Of a stretch of DNA of 26,974 nt, positions 8,235 through 16,392 are shown in pieces. Both the position numbers and the translations under genes were made by a program. Origin of the DNA: Acidobacteriota bacterium. GTDB taxonomy: Bacteria > Acidobacteriota > Blastocatellia > Pyrinomonadales > Pyrinomonadaceae. The notes beneath the pieces were generated by a model. That model worked only from the letters and a program-made list of their open reading frames with translations. It had not been told where the DNA came from and did no database searches. The DNA lies in NCBI GenBank assembly GCA_013140875.1, contig JABFSB010000248.1, positions 1 through 26,974 of the forward strand, given 5' to 3'. Every line of letters begins with the position of its first letter. Position 1 is the stretch's first letter.

Positions 8235-9820
8235 CAACCGGCGACAGTGCCATCGAACCGTTGGCCGTCGCCGGAATTGCACACCTTTAACCCAATGCCT
8301 ATAAGCACATAAAACACCATGGCAACTTCCTGATCGCCCAGGTTGTAATGAACCAGACCGCTGGTGAAAAATCCAACCGTGCCGCCCAGGCATCCGAGCA
8401 GAATACCGGTCGAGCGCCAGTCCGGGTCAGAACCGGCAGCCGGATTTTGTCGTCGCCCTCGAAGATTCAAACCTCGAAATAATTTCCGAACATAAATACC
8501 CAGGATCGCGAGCCAAAATATCAAAGCCGGCAGCCCGCGTTCAGCCAGAAGCTGTATCGGCGTGGAATGAAAATGGCCCATCGGCTGCCAGCCTTTGTCG
8601 AACATTTGCCACTCTTGCCAGTGTTTTTGTATCGAGTCCATCCCGACACCGACGATCAGGCGTCGCGGGCTTTCCGTCCACAACCGCACGCCGTCGTTCC
8701 ACATCATTTGCCGGTACTGCGTTGAAAGATCGTTCGGGTCGAAGAATCCGACCTCGCGGCTTTGCTGGAGGATAAACAGTCCGATTAACACTGTCGGAAT
8801 GCCGACGGCAAATGCAAGGATGAGCCAACGGCGGCTCGCTCCGAGGATGAAGATGGCCAGTCCGGAAACTAACAACCCTAACTGCGATGCACGGGTGACG
8901 GTCAGCAACAAAGCCACAGCCATTCCTGCCACGGACACGAGGAGATCGGCGAACGCGATGTTGGGTCTATGTTCGTTTGCCGGTTTGTCCTTCGGTTTCC
9001 GGCCGGAAAAAAATCCCGCGACGAGCAGGCCGAGCGCGAGCGAGGCAATCAACTGGAGAACTTCGGCATACGTTGTGTAGTGGCCGTAAAATCCGCTTGC
9101 ACGCCAATTTCGCGTACGGCCCCAATTGGCAAAGCCGATCTGCTCCATCGCCGTCGTTCCGGGCAAAATGTTCGCTCGCTCCAGGTCGACCACTACTTCA
9201 TAATCTTTGCGATATGCGCGAACGCGACTCTTGAGAGTTTGTGACAGCGCGGCCGCGAGGTCGTCTGGGTTAGAAACTTTTTTATCGTTGACCTTAAAGA
9301 CCGCGTCGTTCTCAAGCAGACCTGCTTTCGCAAGCGGACTGTCCGGTCGCAAGCCGTGCACGGCGACACCGCGGCCGACGGCACGGTCGACAACGGTCAC
9401 GCAGACATTGACCATGCACGAAAAAATCAGCACACCGGCGGCGAAGTAAACCGCCCGCAAATTTCTGAGATTGTAGAGAACGAAATAAACGATCAAAAAA
9501 AGTGCCGCCCCGCGAAGGCGATCAAGCGAGACAGCCGGTTCGTACGACAGAAACGAACTGATCGTCGACCACGCGAAAAATCCCCACAACACGTAATCAA
9601 GCGCTCCGAATCTTAGCTTCACTCGCGGCCGGAAAAACAACCGAACGACCCAAAGGAACATTCCCGTGATCCAGGCCGTTTGCGTAGCCGCGATCGAATG
9701 CGGTGCGGCGGCGAGCATAATGATCAAAAAAACGAATGCCGCGCGCTCAAGCCATACGACGATGGCGCTACCGGTCGCAATACCCGCAAACTCGTCCAGC
9801 GTTTCGAGAAATTTCTGCAT
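8234..9820 (-). CDS. O-antigen ligase (Wzy_C/WaaL-like) family membrane protein with an inserted PDZ domain
   Basis: Many TM helices; LLLTVTRASQLG (TxSR-like), LIVGVG, GHFHSTPIQLLAERGLPAL (HxHN..E.G-like). Residues about 150-195 (VAVHGLRPDSPLAKAGLLENDAVFKVNDKKV) are PDZ-like. Confidence 0.82.
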   Translation of the reverse strand: MQKFLETLDEFAGIATGSAIVVWLERAAFVFLIIMLAAAPHSIAATQTAWITGMFLWVVRLFFRPRVKLRFGALDYVLWGFFAWSTISSFLSYEPAVSLDRLRGAALFLIVYFVLYNLRNLRAVYFAAGVLIFSCMVNVCVTVVDRAVGRGVAVHGLRPDSPLAKAGLLENDAVFKVNDKKVSNPDDLAAALSQTLKSRVRAYRKDYEVVVDLERANILPGTTAMEQIGFANWGRTRNWRASGFYGHYTTYAEVLQLIASLALGLLVAGFFSGRKPKDKPANEHRPNIAFADLLVSVAGMAVALLLTVTRASQLGLLVSGLAIFILGASRRWLILAFAVGIPTVLIGLFILQQSREVGFFDPNDLSTQYRQMMWNDGVRLWTESPRRLIVGVGMDSIQKHWQEWQMFDKGWQPMGHFHSTPIQLLAERGLPALIFWLAILGIYVRKLFRGLNLRGRRQNPAAGSDPDWRSTGILLGCLGGTVGFFTSGLVHYNLGDQEVAMVFYVLIGIGLKVCNSGDGQRFDGTVAG

Positions 9821-9839
9821 AACCGACGTGGTTAAGAAT

Positions 9840-9874
9840 AGCTAACAGCTAATAGCCGACAGCTATCAGCTATT
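9840..9874. repeat. Tandem heptamer array (AGCTAAC/AGCTAAT/AGCCGAC/AGCTATC/AGCTATT), self-complementary
   Basis: Five consecutive 7-bp units with an AGCT core; the ends AATAGCT...AGCTATT are inverted. Lies between divergent genes. Confidence 0.8.
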
Positions 9875-9965
9875 TTTCCAACCTGCCTTCCGACAGGACG
9901 CCCAAGATTTTCCATCATCGCATTATGCCTTTTAACTGTCACCGCGCGAATATGATAACCAAGAC

Positions 9966-10649
9966 ATGACCGACCAGAATTTACAAACCGACCTTTCGGT
10001 CACCACCGAGATCAAGCTTTATTACGATCTGTTCGTGCCGGAGGGAGCACAAGAATCGGCGCCGCTGTTGATTGCTGTTCACGGATACGGAGCGCACAAG
10101 CGTTACATGATGCGCGAGGCACGTTCCGTTGCTCCGGAAGGCTGGGTGATCGCGTCCGTCCAGGGACCGCACCAGCATTTTCGAAAAAAGGCGGACGGCG
10201 GTTATCGAATCGGCTTTGGCTGGCTGACCGAACACAACGCGGGCGAGTCGGTGGCTTTGCACCACAAATTCCTGCTCGATGTGATAGACAAGCTTGATTC
10301 GGACGATCTGATCGACCGTTCGCGAATATATCTATTTGGCTTCTCTCAAGCCTGTGCGCTGAACTTTCGCTTTGCGTTTACGCATCCCAATGTTGCCGCC
10401 GGCGTCATCGGCGTGTGCGGCGGAATTCCCGGCGATCTCGAGACGAACGAGAGCTATCGTCAGTTCAATTCGCGGACGTTATATCTTTACGGCGATGACG
10501 ATGAATTTTACACCCATGTAAAGTTCGAGCAGTTCGATCAAACACTCCGCGAACGCCTGCCCGATTACCGGTCAAAGCAGTATTCCGCCAAGCACGAGAT
10601 AACCGACGAAATGCGAGCGGATATTAAAGAGTTTCTGAACGAGCGATAG
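9966..10649 (+). CDS. Alpha/beta hydrolase, phospholipase/carboxylesterase family
   Basis: VHGYG oxyanion region, nucleophile elbow GFSQA, Asp in YGDDDEF, His in KHEIT. Confidence 0.88.
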   Translation: MTDQNLQTDLSVTTEIKLYYDLFVPEGAQESAPLLIAVHGYGAHKRYMMREARSVAPEGWVIASVQGPHQHFRKKADGGYRIGFGWLTEHNAGESVALHHKFLLDVIDKLDSDDLIDRSRIYLFGFSQACALNFRFAFTHPNVAAGVIGVCGGIPGDLETNESYRQFNSRTLYLYGDDDEFYTHVKFEQFDQTLRERLPDYRSKQYSAKHEITDEMRADIKEFLNER

Positions 10650-10669
10650 CATAAACTTCGCGCCGTGCT

Positions 10670-11833
10670 CTACTTTTTGCTTTTCGCCGGCGGCTTTTTC
10701 CTTAGAGTTACAAGTATCGCATCGCCGATCTTCCGCTCGCCTTCCTTGTCGGATGGCGTGTTAACGACCTTCCCGTCCAAGAACATAGTCGTCGACCCGC
10801 CGCCGTCAAGATTCATCGCATCGACGGCGCCGAGACTTAAGAGATATTCCGCGAGGTCCTGCAAGCTAATGCCGCCGCTCGATTCGCTCCGGCCATCGAC
10901 CGTAATCATTAGGAACTTGCCGTCGTTTAGTTTTGCAACGGCAGTTCTCGGGTGGCGAGTTTCCGCAAAGGCTTTGTTCGATTTTTCCTTCTCCCAGGTC
11001 AGGCTTACCTGTGATCCCGAAATAAGCTGCGAGACACCGTTTGTAATGTCTTCGGCGACAAAATCACCGGCATTGTTATCGAAACCTCTTCTCAATACTA
11101 TCCTGGACGGATTGGTGACCTTCAGTCGTTTATACGGATCGTCATTCCATTTGTCACCGGCCGAAAGGACAAAACCGTCTGCCGGTATCGGAGAACTGCC
11201 GCTGTAACTGATCTTTACGATTCGACCACGGCGCACGATGTATTCGGTGCCGGACGATGTCAGCGTCGAGCGCCCGAACTCCGGTGTGTAGAGAACAAAC
11301 TCATTGTCTTTTCTTTCTCTATTAACCCCGTTAAGCGGATATGAAAAACGGCCCATGTGCATGTTCGCCCAGATATCGAGATTTGCCAGCACAACACGGG
11401 TTGCGCCCGGCGCGTTTGCGATGAGTATCGCCGACCGTGAATCCCTGCTTTCGCTGAGGAGGTCGCCGTCAATCATCAGAGTTCCGGCGGCGTCGCCGGC
11501 AAATATGCTCGTATCCAGTCTAAAAAATCCTGCATTGATCGCGGCGGCCGCACCATGCCTCATGGCGATCGAGGAAGTCTTTTCGGTGCCGATGGCGGCG
11601 TCCATCGCGTGGTGGACATCGAGCCGAACTTTTTTGAGATCGAGCCGAAGCAGGTCGATGTTCACGTTGAGGCCGCCGATCTCTTTTGAAACTTTTGCGT
11701 ATTCGATGCCGTCGTGGACGGTTTTGAAATCCTGTGCAAGGGTTTGGCCACAGAGATTACAGAGGACGCAGAGAAAGAAAAACAACGATCGGGATCGGGC
11801 GAATGTGTAAATTGGTCGAATGTATGTGTTCAT
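10670..11833 (-). CDS. Phosphodiester glycosidase (NAGPA-like) family secreted protein
   Basis: AAINAGFF, RHPRTAV, ITVDGR, GISLQDLA, AMNLDGGGSTTM motifs; signal peptide ending TLA-QD. Confidence 0.9.
   Translation of the reverse strand: MNTYIRPIYTFARSRSLFFFLCVLCNLCGQTLAQDFKTVHDGIEYAKVSKEIGGLNVNIDLLRLDLKKVRLDVHHAMDAAIGTEKTSSIAMRHGAAAAINAGFFRLDTSIFAGDAAGTLMIDGDLLSESRDSRSAILIANAPGATRVVLANLDIWANMHMGRFSYPLNGVNRERKDNEFVLYTPEFGRSTLTSSGTEYIVRRGRIVKISYSGSSPIPADGFVLSAGDKWNDDPYKRLKVTNPSRIVLRRGFDNNAGDFVAEDITNGVSQLISGSQVSLTWEKEKSNKAFAETRHPRTAVAKLNDGKFLMITVDGRSESSGGISLQDLAEYLLSLGAVDAMNLDGGGSTTMFLDGKVVNTPSDKEGERKIGDAILVTLRKKPPAKSKK
11748..11774 (+). repeat. 9-bp-period CACAGAG repeat, copy 1 (inside signal-peptide coding region)
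   Basis: CCACAGAGATTACAGAGGACGCAGAGA; 24/27 identical to the reverse complement of 11902-11928. Confidence 0.7.
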
Positions 11834-11868
11834 TTTTCTTCTTTACGGGTCTTTCGGCTGTGCTCGTG

Positions 11869-11895
11869 CCGCCCGCTTACGCAGGCGGTTCTGCC
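11869..11895. repeat. REP-like palindrome (single arm unit)
   Basis: CCGCCCGC-TTAC-GCAGGCGG-TTCTGCC hairpin; shares a GCT(A/T)ACGC core with the arm at 8213-8234. Confidence 0.5.
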
Positions 11896-11901
11896 TATAT
11901 T

Positions 11902-11928
11902 TCTCTGTGTCCTCTGTGCTCTCTGTGG
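11902..11928 (-). repeat. 9-bp-period CACAGAG repeat, copy 2
   Basis: Minus strand CCACAGAGAGCACAGAGGACACAGAGA, three CACAGAG units at 9-bp period, intergenic. Confidence 0.75.
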
Positions 11929-11947
11929 CTCAACTTCTCTATAATAG

Positions 11948-13333
11948 ATGCCAATGCGGATCAACGAAAGGGTCGTTCAATTAAACGACAAACCTATAAA
12001 CACCAATGCCCGGTACGTGCTGTATTGGATGCAGATGTTCAAGCGCACAACGCATAACCACGCGTTGATCTGGGCGATCAGGAAGGCGAATGAGTTGAAG
12101 CTGCCGCTGGTGGTTTACGAGGGGCTGAAATATTACTACCCGTGGGCCAGCGACCGGCTGCACACATTTATTCTCGAAGGCGTCGAGGAAAAACGTCAGG
12201 CGTTCGAGAAGATGGGGATTCGTTACGTTTTCTATCTGCAAAAAGATAAAGAATCGCCAAAGAATACGGTCGCCCAACTTGCAAAGGACGCGGCGTTGAT
12301 CGTGACGGATGATTTTCCATGCTTTATCATTCCCGGCCACAACCGGCGTATTTCGGAACGGGCCGAAATTCCCGTGCACGCGGTCGATTCGAACGGCATT
12401 ATCCCGATGTCTAAGTTCGACAAGGAAGAATACGCAGCCTACACGATCAGGCCAAAGATAAAGAAGCTGCTCGGCAATTATCTAAAGCCGCTGCCGGAAG
12501 AAAAGATCGATCTTAAAAGCGGCGAACTGAAAGTCGATTGTCCTGAAACGCTTGTGACGCCAGACAACATCGCGAAACTTGTTGCCGGGTGCGACATCGA
12601 TCATTCGGTCGGGCCATCGAACGTTTATCACGGCGGCACGGCCAACGGCCGCAAGCGATTGAAAGTGTTTGTAAAAGAGATACTCCCCGATTATGACAAG
12701 GCCCGAAGCAAACCCGACCGCGACGGCTCTTCGCGGCTTTCGTCGTATCTGCATTTTGGCTATTTGTCGCCGCTTGAGATCGCGTGGGCGGTGAAGGAGG
12801 CGAAGGCACCGCAGGAATCGATCGACGCTTACCTGGAAGAGTTGATCGTCCGGCGTGAACTTTCCTATAACATGACACGGTGGAATCCGAAATACGATTC
12901 GCTCGCTGCTTTGCCCGCCTGGGTGCAAAAAACGATGCGCGAACACGCGGGCGACGAGCGGCAGTTCGTTTACACGCTTGAGCAATTAGAGGCTGGCGAG
13001 ACGCACGACGAGCTTTGGAACGCGGCCCAGCGGGAGATGGTTGTGACCGGTGAGATGCACAATTACGTCCGCATGCTGTGGGGCAAAAACGTTATCGCGT
13101 GGTCACGAAGCTATGAAGAAGCGTTCGAAACGCTCGTCCATCTCAACAACAAATACTGCCTCGACGGCCGCAACCCGAATTCGTACGCCGGAATATTATG
13201 GTGTTTCGGCAAACACGACCGCCCGTGGATGGAACGCCCCGTATTCGGCCAGATACGCTATATGACCAGCGGGAGCACGGGGAAGAAATTCGATTCGAAG
13301 AAGTATATCGAGTGGACGAAAGGGCTGTCCTAA
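11948..13333 (+). CDS. phrB: Class II CPD (deoxyribodipyrimidine) photolyase
   Basis: YVLYWMQ, SRLSSYLHFG, YLEELIVRRELSYN, THDELWNAAQ, MHNYVRMLWGK, LDGRNPNSY, WCFGKHDRPW, FGQIRYM are class II motifs. True start may be ATG 11954. Confidence 0.92.
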   Translation: MPMRINERVVQLNDKPINTNARYVLYWMQMFKRTTHNHALIWAIRKANELKLPLVVYEGLKYYYPWASDRLHTFILEGVEEKRQAFEKMGIRYVFYLQKDKESPKNTVAQLAKDAALIVTDDFPCFIIPGHNRRISERAEIPVHAVDSNGIIPMSKFDKEEYAAYTIRPKIKKLLGNYLKPLPEEKIDLKSGELKVDCPETLVTPDNIAKLVAGCDIDHSVGPSNVYHGGTANGRKRLKVFVKEILPDYDKARSKPDRDGSSRLSSYLHFGYLSPLEIAWAVKEAKAPQESIDAYLEELIVRRELSYNMTRWNPKYDSLAALPAWVQKTMREHAGDERQFVYTLEQLEAGETHDELWNAAQREMVVTGEMHNYVRMLWGKNVIAWSRSYEEAFETLVHLNNKYCLDGRNPNSYAGILWCFGKHDRPWMERPVFGQIRYMTSGSTGKKFDSKKYIEWTKGLS

Positions 13334-13815
13334 AAGCGGTTGATCATTTTTCGGTCCGGTATTGAAAGTTTGATGTCGCCCAGGTTCTCAAGAATACCGT
13401 CGGTGATTGTGAACGGGTTGGCCTTGCGATGCTCGTCGACTTCCCCTGCCGTTTTCGGTCCGCTAACGAAAGTCACATTCCCAAGTGCCTTCTCAAAGCC
13501 GATCCCGCCGAGAATACCCGCGATAAGCGCAAGACAACTGCCGGCGAGCCTTGAAACTTTTTTCTTAAGCCGTTCTAGTCCTTTCGGACAATCCTTCGTA
13601 ATTACGGTACCGTCCTTTCGGCGAAACACACGAAGGCAAACCCTTCCCTCGGAATTCAGCAGAAATGTTTCCGCTTCCGTTTTGGTCATGTTCGAAATAT
13701 TGTAAACGTTCAACCGACATTCGAAGCAAAAACGCTTGCGTTCATTGCCGTACATCTCATCCCAAACTGATCCGCACGGTGCGGCTATCCGGATTTTGTC
13801 GAGTGGATCGTTCAT
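13330..13815 (-). CDS. Hypothetical membrane protein with N-terminal Cys-rich domain (PCxxxWxxMxGxxRxRFCxxC)
   Basis: SD GAGGA before ATG; Cys pattern PC..W..M.G..R.RFC..C..NVYNIS.MT...VCLR...DGTVITKDCP followed by a TM helix. Confidence 0.75.
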   Translation of the reverse strand: MNDPLDKIRIAAPCGSVWDEMYGNERKRFCFECRLNVYNISNMTKTEAETFLLNSEGRVCLRVFRRKDGTVITKDCPKGLERLKKKVSRLAGSCLALIAGILGGIGFEKALGNVTFVSGPKTAGEVDEHRKANPFTITDGILENLGDIKLSIPDRKMINRF

Positions 13816-13834
13816 ATGAATATCCTCAACAAGG

Positions 13835-13862
13835 TTAGATGCCGGGACGAAGTTTTTGTTCC
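13835..13862 (-). promoter_or_regulatory. Candidate ECF (sigmaE/AlgU-like) promoter
   Basis: Minus strand GGAAC-N18-TCTAA, same spacing as GAACtt-N16-TCTNA, about 20 nt upstream of ATG 13815. Confidence 0.35.
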
Positions 13863-13925
13863 CTGTAACGCAAAATTTTGTGTGGACCGTTTGTTGCGCC
13901 CGCGTTTTTTAATGTCGGTCGATCC

Positions 13926-14597
13926 TCAAAAATTTCGCGGTACGCTCATCCACGTGCCATTCCACTGATAAACCTGGGTGCCGTGAAACCGCTTTTTGTA
14001 GTCGTAAAAAGAGCTTCCGTTGTAGCAATAGCCCTGATAATAGAATTCTTTTCCGGTCGAGACCGCGAATTCTATCTCTTTCAACATTGTGAAGGTGCCA
14101 AGCCCGCGATTCGATTCGTCGGGATCGAATACTGCGTAAATGCCGGAAACCGATGTGGAACCAACGTCGAAAAAGCTTGCCGCGATCAGCCGGCCGCCGT
14201 GACGACCGCTTAGCTGAAGCATTTCGCAAGGTTCACTAGACCTATCGCGGGCAAGGAATGTATGGATCGAATCGGGCGGATTGTGATCGAACCGCTGCCT
14301 GTGCCGGTAAAACAAATCTTCCAATTCGGGCGTGATGCCGACGGGACCGATCGCAAGATCGAGATCGTCATTTTTTTTCATCGTTCGCCGCTGGCTTTTA
14401 GAGATTAGAAAATCGGCGAGATGAATTCGCAAGGGCAGGACGCGGCGTATTTCGTTGTTATAGATTGCAAGGTTGTAGCGAAAGAACTGCTGGCCGAAGT
14501 GCCGCCAGCCCGCCGCGAGCAAACGGTCGAGTTCCGCCGCCGTTACCGACGGTTTGGTAAACTCTTCGTTAATAAAAAAATCTGCAAGGTCTTCCAT
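13926..14597 (-). CDS. Bpt/ATE1-family aminoacyl-tRNA--protein transferase (annotated arginyl-tRNA-protein transferase; N-degron pathway)
   Basis: LLAAGWRHFG, LPLRI, SKSQRRTMKKN, LIAASFFD, VSGIYAVFDPD, GLGTFTMLKEI, YYQGY, YKKRF. Start ATG 14597 preferred because track start 14636 overlaps the upstream gene. Confidence 0.85.
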   Translation of the reverse strand: MEDLADFFINEEFTKPSVTAAELDRLLAAGWRHFGQQFFRYNLAIYNNEIRRVLPLRIHLADFLISKSQRRTMKKNDDLDLAIGPVGITPELEDLFYRHRQRFDHNPPDSIHTFLARDRSSEPCEMLQLSGRHGGRLIAASFFDVGSTSVSGIYAVFDPDESNRGLGTFTMLKEIEFAVSTGKEFYYQGYCYNGSSFYDYKKRFHGTQVYQWNGTWMSVPRNF

Positions 14598-14617
14598 CCG
14601 GCCGTCCCGGGCTTTTT

Positions 14618-15511
14618 CTAGTGGCCCGAGTACCAATCGTATCCGAATACCGGCTGCGACCAGAAATCACGCGGCCGCTCATTGGTAAATTCGATCGTGC
14701 CGACGCGCTTTATCTGCTTGATGCCGTACTTCGCCGTGCTTGCCAGACGCAGCGGGGCTCCGTGCTCGTGCCGCAGCGGCGCCTCGTTCATCTCATAGGC
14801 GAGCAGCGTTTGCGGGTGAAGGATGCTTTCGATATCCCAGCCGACAAAGTATTTCTCGTCCGGTGTCAGCAGCAAAACGTATTTCGGCAGATCGCGCGGC
14901 GTTATGGTAGGCGAATAAGCGGCGATAAAGTCCGAAAATCTTACGCCCGCCCAATGCACGATCGTGCTCCAGCCCTCGATGCACTTGAACTCGGTAATCA
15001 TTTCCGTCCGCGGCAGCCGCTTAACGTCGTCGATCGTCAAAGTCAGGTCGGCCGTGCTCCCCGGCAAGCCTTTAACCTGCAGGCGCCAATCGGCCGCCGT
15101 GATCTCTTCGGCAAGGCCTTCGGCACCGTTGAAACGCTCAGGCCGCGTTATGCGCTCCGGCGGAAATTCGGCGGCCAGCCGACGCGTGCTGTAAAAAAAC
15201 TTGCTCACGCTTTCGTTAAACGCGAAAGTCCGCCTAAATAATGCGGCCTTTGTCTCATCGCCCATCCATTTCCAGCTGAATATGCCGACCAGGGCCGCCA
15301 CGCCGCCGACCAGGAATCCGCGTCGCGATCGCGCGAACATATCCCGCTCGGCCTCGGCCGGCGAGACAGGCTCGCTTAAATAACGATGCTCTTTCAACAC
15401 GGATGCCGTATTGTTCGGGTCGTCCGGCCATGAATCGGCCGTTTTCCCCGTGCGTCGCTCGAATTCGCGGACCTTTTCGATCAAAACCTCTTTATCTTTA
15501 TCTTCGTTCAT
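14618..15511 (-). CDS. Molybdopterin-dependent oxidoreductase, sulfite-oxidase family (MsrP/YedY-like), with twin-arginine motif
   Basis: Mo-ligand Cys in FKCIEGWS, LLAYEMN, HGAPLRL, KYGIKQIK; SRRGFL plus hydrophobic helix. True start ATG 15511 overlaps the upstream TGA (ATGA); track start 15703 runs into the upstream gene. Confidence 0.88.
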   Translation of the reverse strand: MNEDKDKEVLIEKVREFERRTGKTADSWPDDPNNTASVLKEHRYLSEPVSPAEAERDMFARSRRGFLVGGVAALVGIFSWKWMGDETKAALFRRTFAFNESVSKFFYSTRRLAAEFPPERITRPERFNGAEGLAEEITAADWRLQVKGLPGSTADLTLTIDDVKRLPRTEMITEFKCIEGWSTIVHWAGVRFSDFIAAYSPTITPRDLPKYVLLLTPDEKYFVGWDIESILHPQTLLAYEMNEAPLRHEHGAPLRLASTAKYGIKQIKRVGTIEFTNERPRDFWSQPVFGYDWYSGH

Positions 15512-16224
15512 GCGGTCACCTCTTCGCCGGTTTGGGTCGCGGCGGTCGCCGTCGGTTCGGTCGGACCGGCGGCGTCGACAATGTCGTATCCCGTTATCAT
15601 CGAGCGAAAATTCGCCCAACCCGCCATCGCCACCTGAAACACATGGACGGCGAAAAAGAGCACGAACAACACCATCAGCCAAAAATGCTCCCAGCGTGCC
15701 CATTCATAGCCGCCCAGCAGGCTCGTCAACCACGACAATTGCGCCGGTTTGTAGATTGCGAGACCGGTAATTACAGAACCCGCACCCATTGCGATCACGC
15801 TTGTGTATGCGATGCGTTGTGCGTCGTTGTATTTGCCCTGGGGCGGTTTGCTCTTAACAATGTGGGCGTCGTGCAGCGCAACAAGCGGGGCCCGCTTTAA
15901 GGACGCCGGAATCGGTAAAAGCGCCCGCCATTCGCCCGAAACGAACGTGTAGATCAAATAAACTATCCCGTTCACCGCAAAAAACCACATGAAAAAGAAA
16001 TGAAGCTGCAGCCCCTCGGCAAGGCGAAACGGGATCGACAAATATTCGTAAAACCATTGCGGGAAAAACTTGAACAACTCATAGCCAAGGATGCGTACAC
16101 CGTAGACCGGATTGGCCCAATAGATCAGGATCCCGCTCCAGATCATCATCGTCAGCAGAGGAAAGTTGATCCAGTGCATCCAGCGCACCGCGAGCGGATG
16201 TTTTTTTTCAAGCTGTTTTTGCAT
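15508..16224 (-). CDS. Cytochrome b/b6 domain membrane protein (Ni-hydrogenase/thiosulfate-reductase cyt b-like), probable electron donor of the Mo enzyme
   Basis: HPLAVRWMHWIN, LQLHFFFMW, GKYNDAQRIAY, ARWEHFWLM...FAVHVF with four heme-ligand-type His; translationally coupled to the Mo oxidoreductase. Confidence 0.88.
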   Translation of the reverse strand: MQKQLEKKHPLAVRWMHWINFPLLTMMIWSGILIYWANPVYGVRILGYELFKFFPQWFYEYLSIPFRLAEGLQLHFFFMWFFAVNGIVYLIYTFVSGEWRALLPIPASLKRAPLVALHDAHIVKSKPPQGKYNDAQRIAYTSVIAMGAGSVITGLAIYKPAQLSWLTSLLGGYEWARWEHFWLMVLFVLFFAVHVFQVAMAGWANFRSMITGYDIVDAAGPTEPTATAATQTGEEVTA

Positions 16225-16355
16225 ATTTTCGGATTACCCGCTTCCTATTTTGCGGGTGCCTCCTAAAAGAAAACAATATAACACCGCGGGACCAGGGGTT
16301 ATTAACATATAAACCTTCGATGGTGTAATCTTATTCCAACCGCCCTCAAAAAACG

Positions 16356-16386
16356 TTTTCGCCCACCCGCCGGTAACGGAGTCATC
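16356..16386 (-). promoter_or_regulatory. ECF-sigma promoter (SigK-like) for cyt b/Mo oxidoreductase
   Basis: Minus strand GATGACTCC-N16-CGAAAAC; mirror image of the plus-strand site at 16393-16423. Confidence 0.65.
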
Positions 16387-16392
16387 GACATT

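Noticed and set aside
13330-13333. 4-bp convergent stop overlaps (also 23344-23347)
   Set aside because: Common in compact genomes; no special meaning.
15512-15703. N-terminal 64 aa of track ORF 14618..15703
   Set aside because: It overlaps the cytochrome b gene in another frame; an ATGA coupled start at 15511 explains the gene better.
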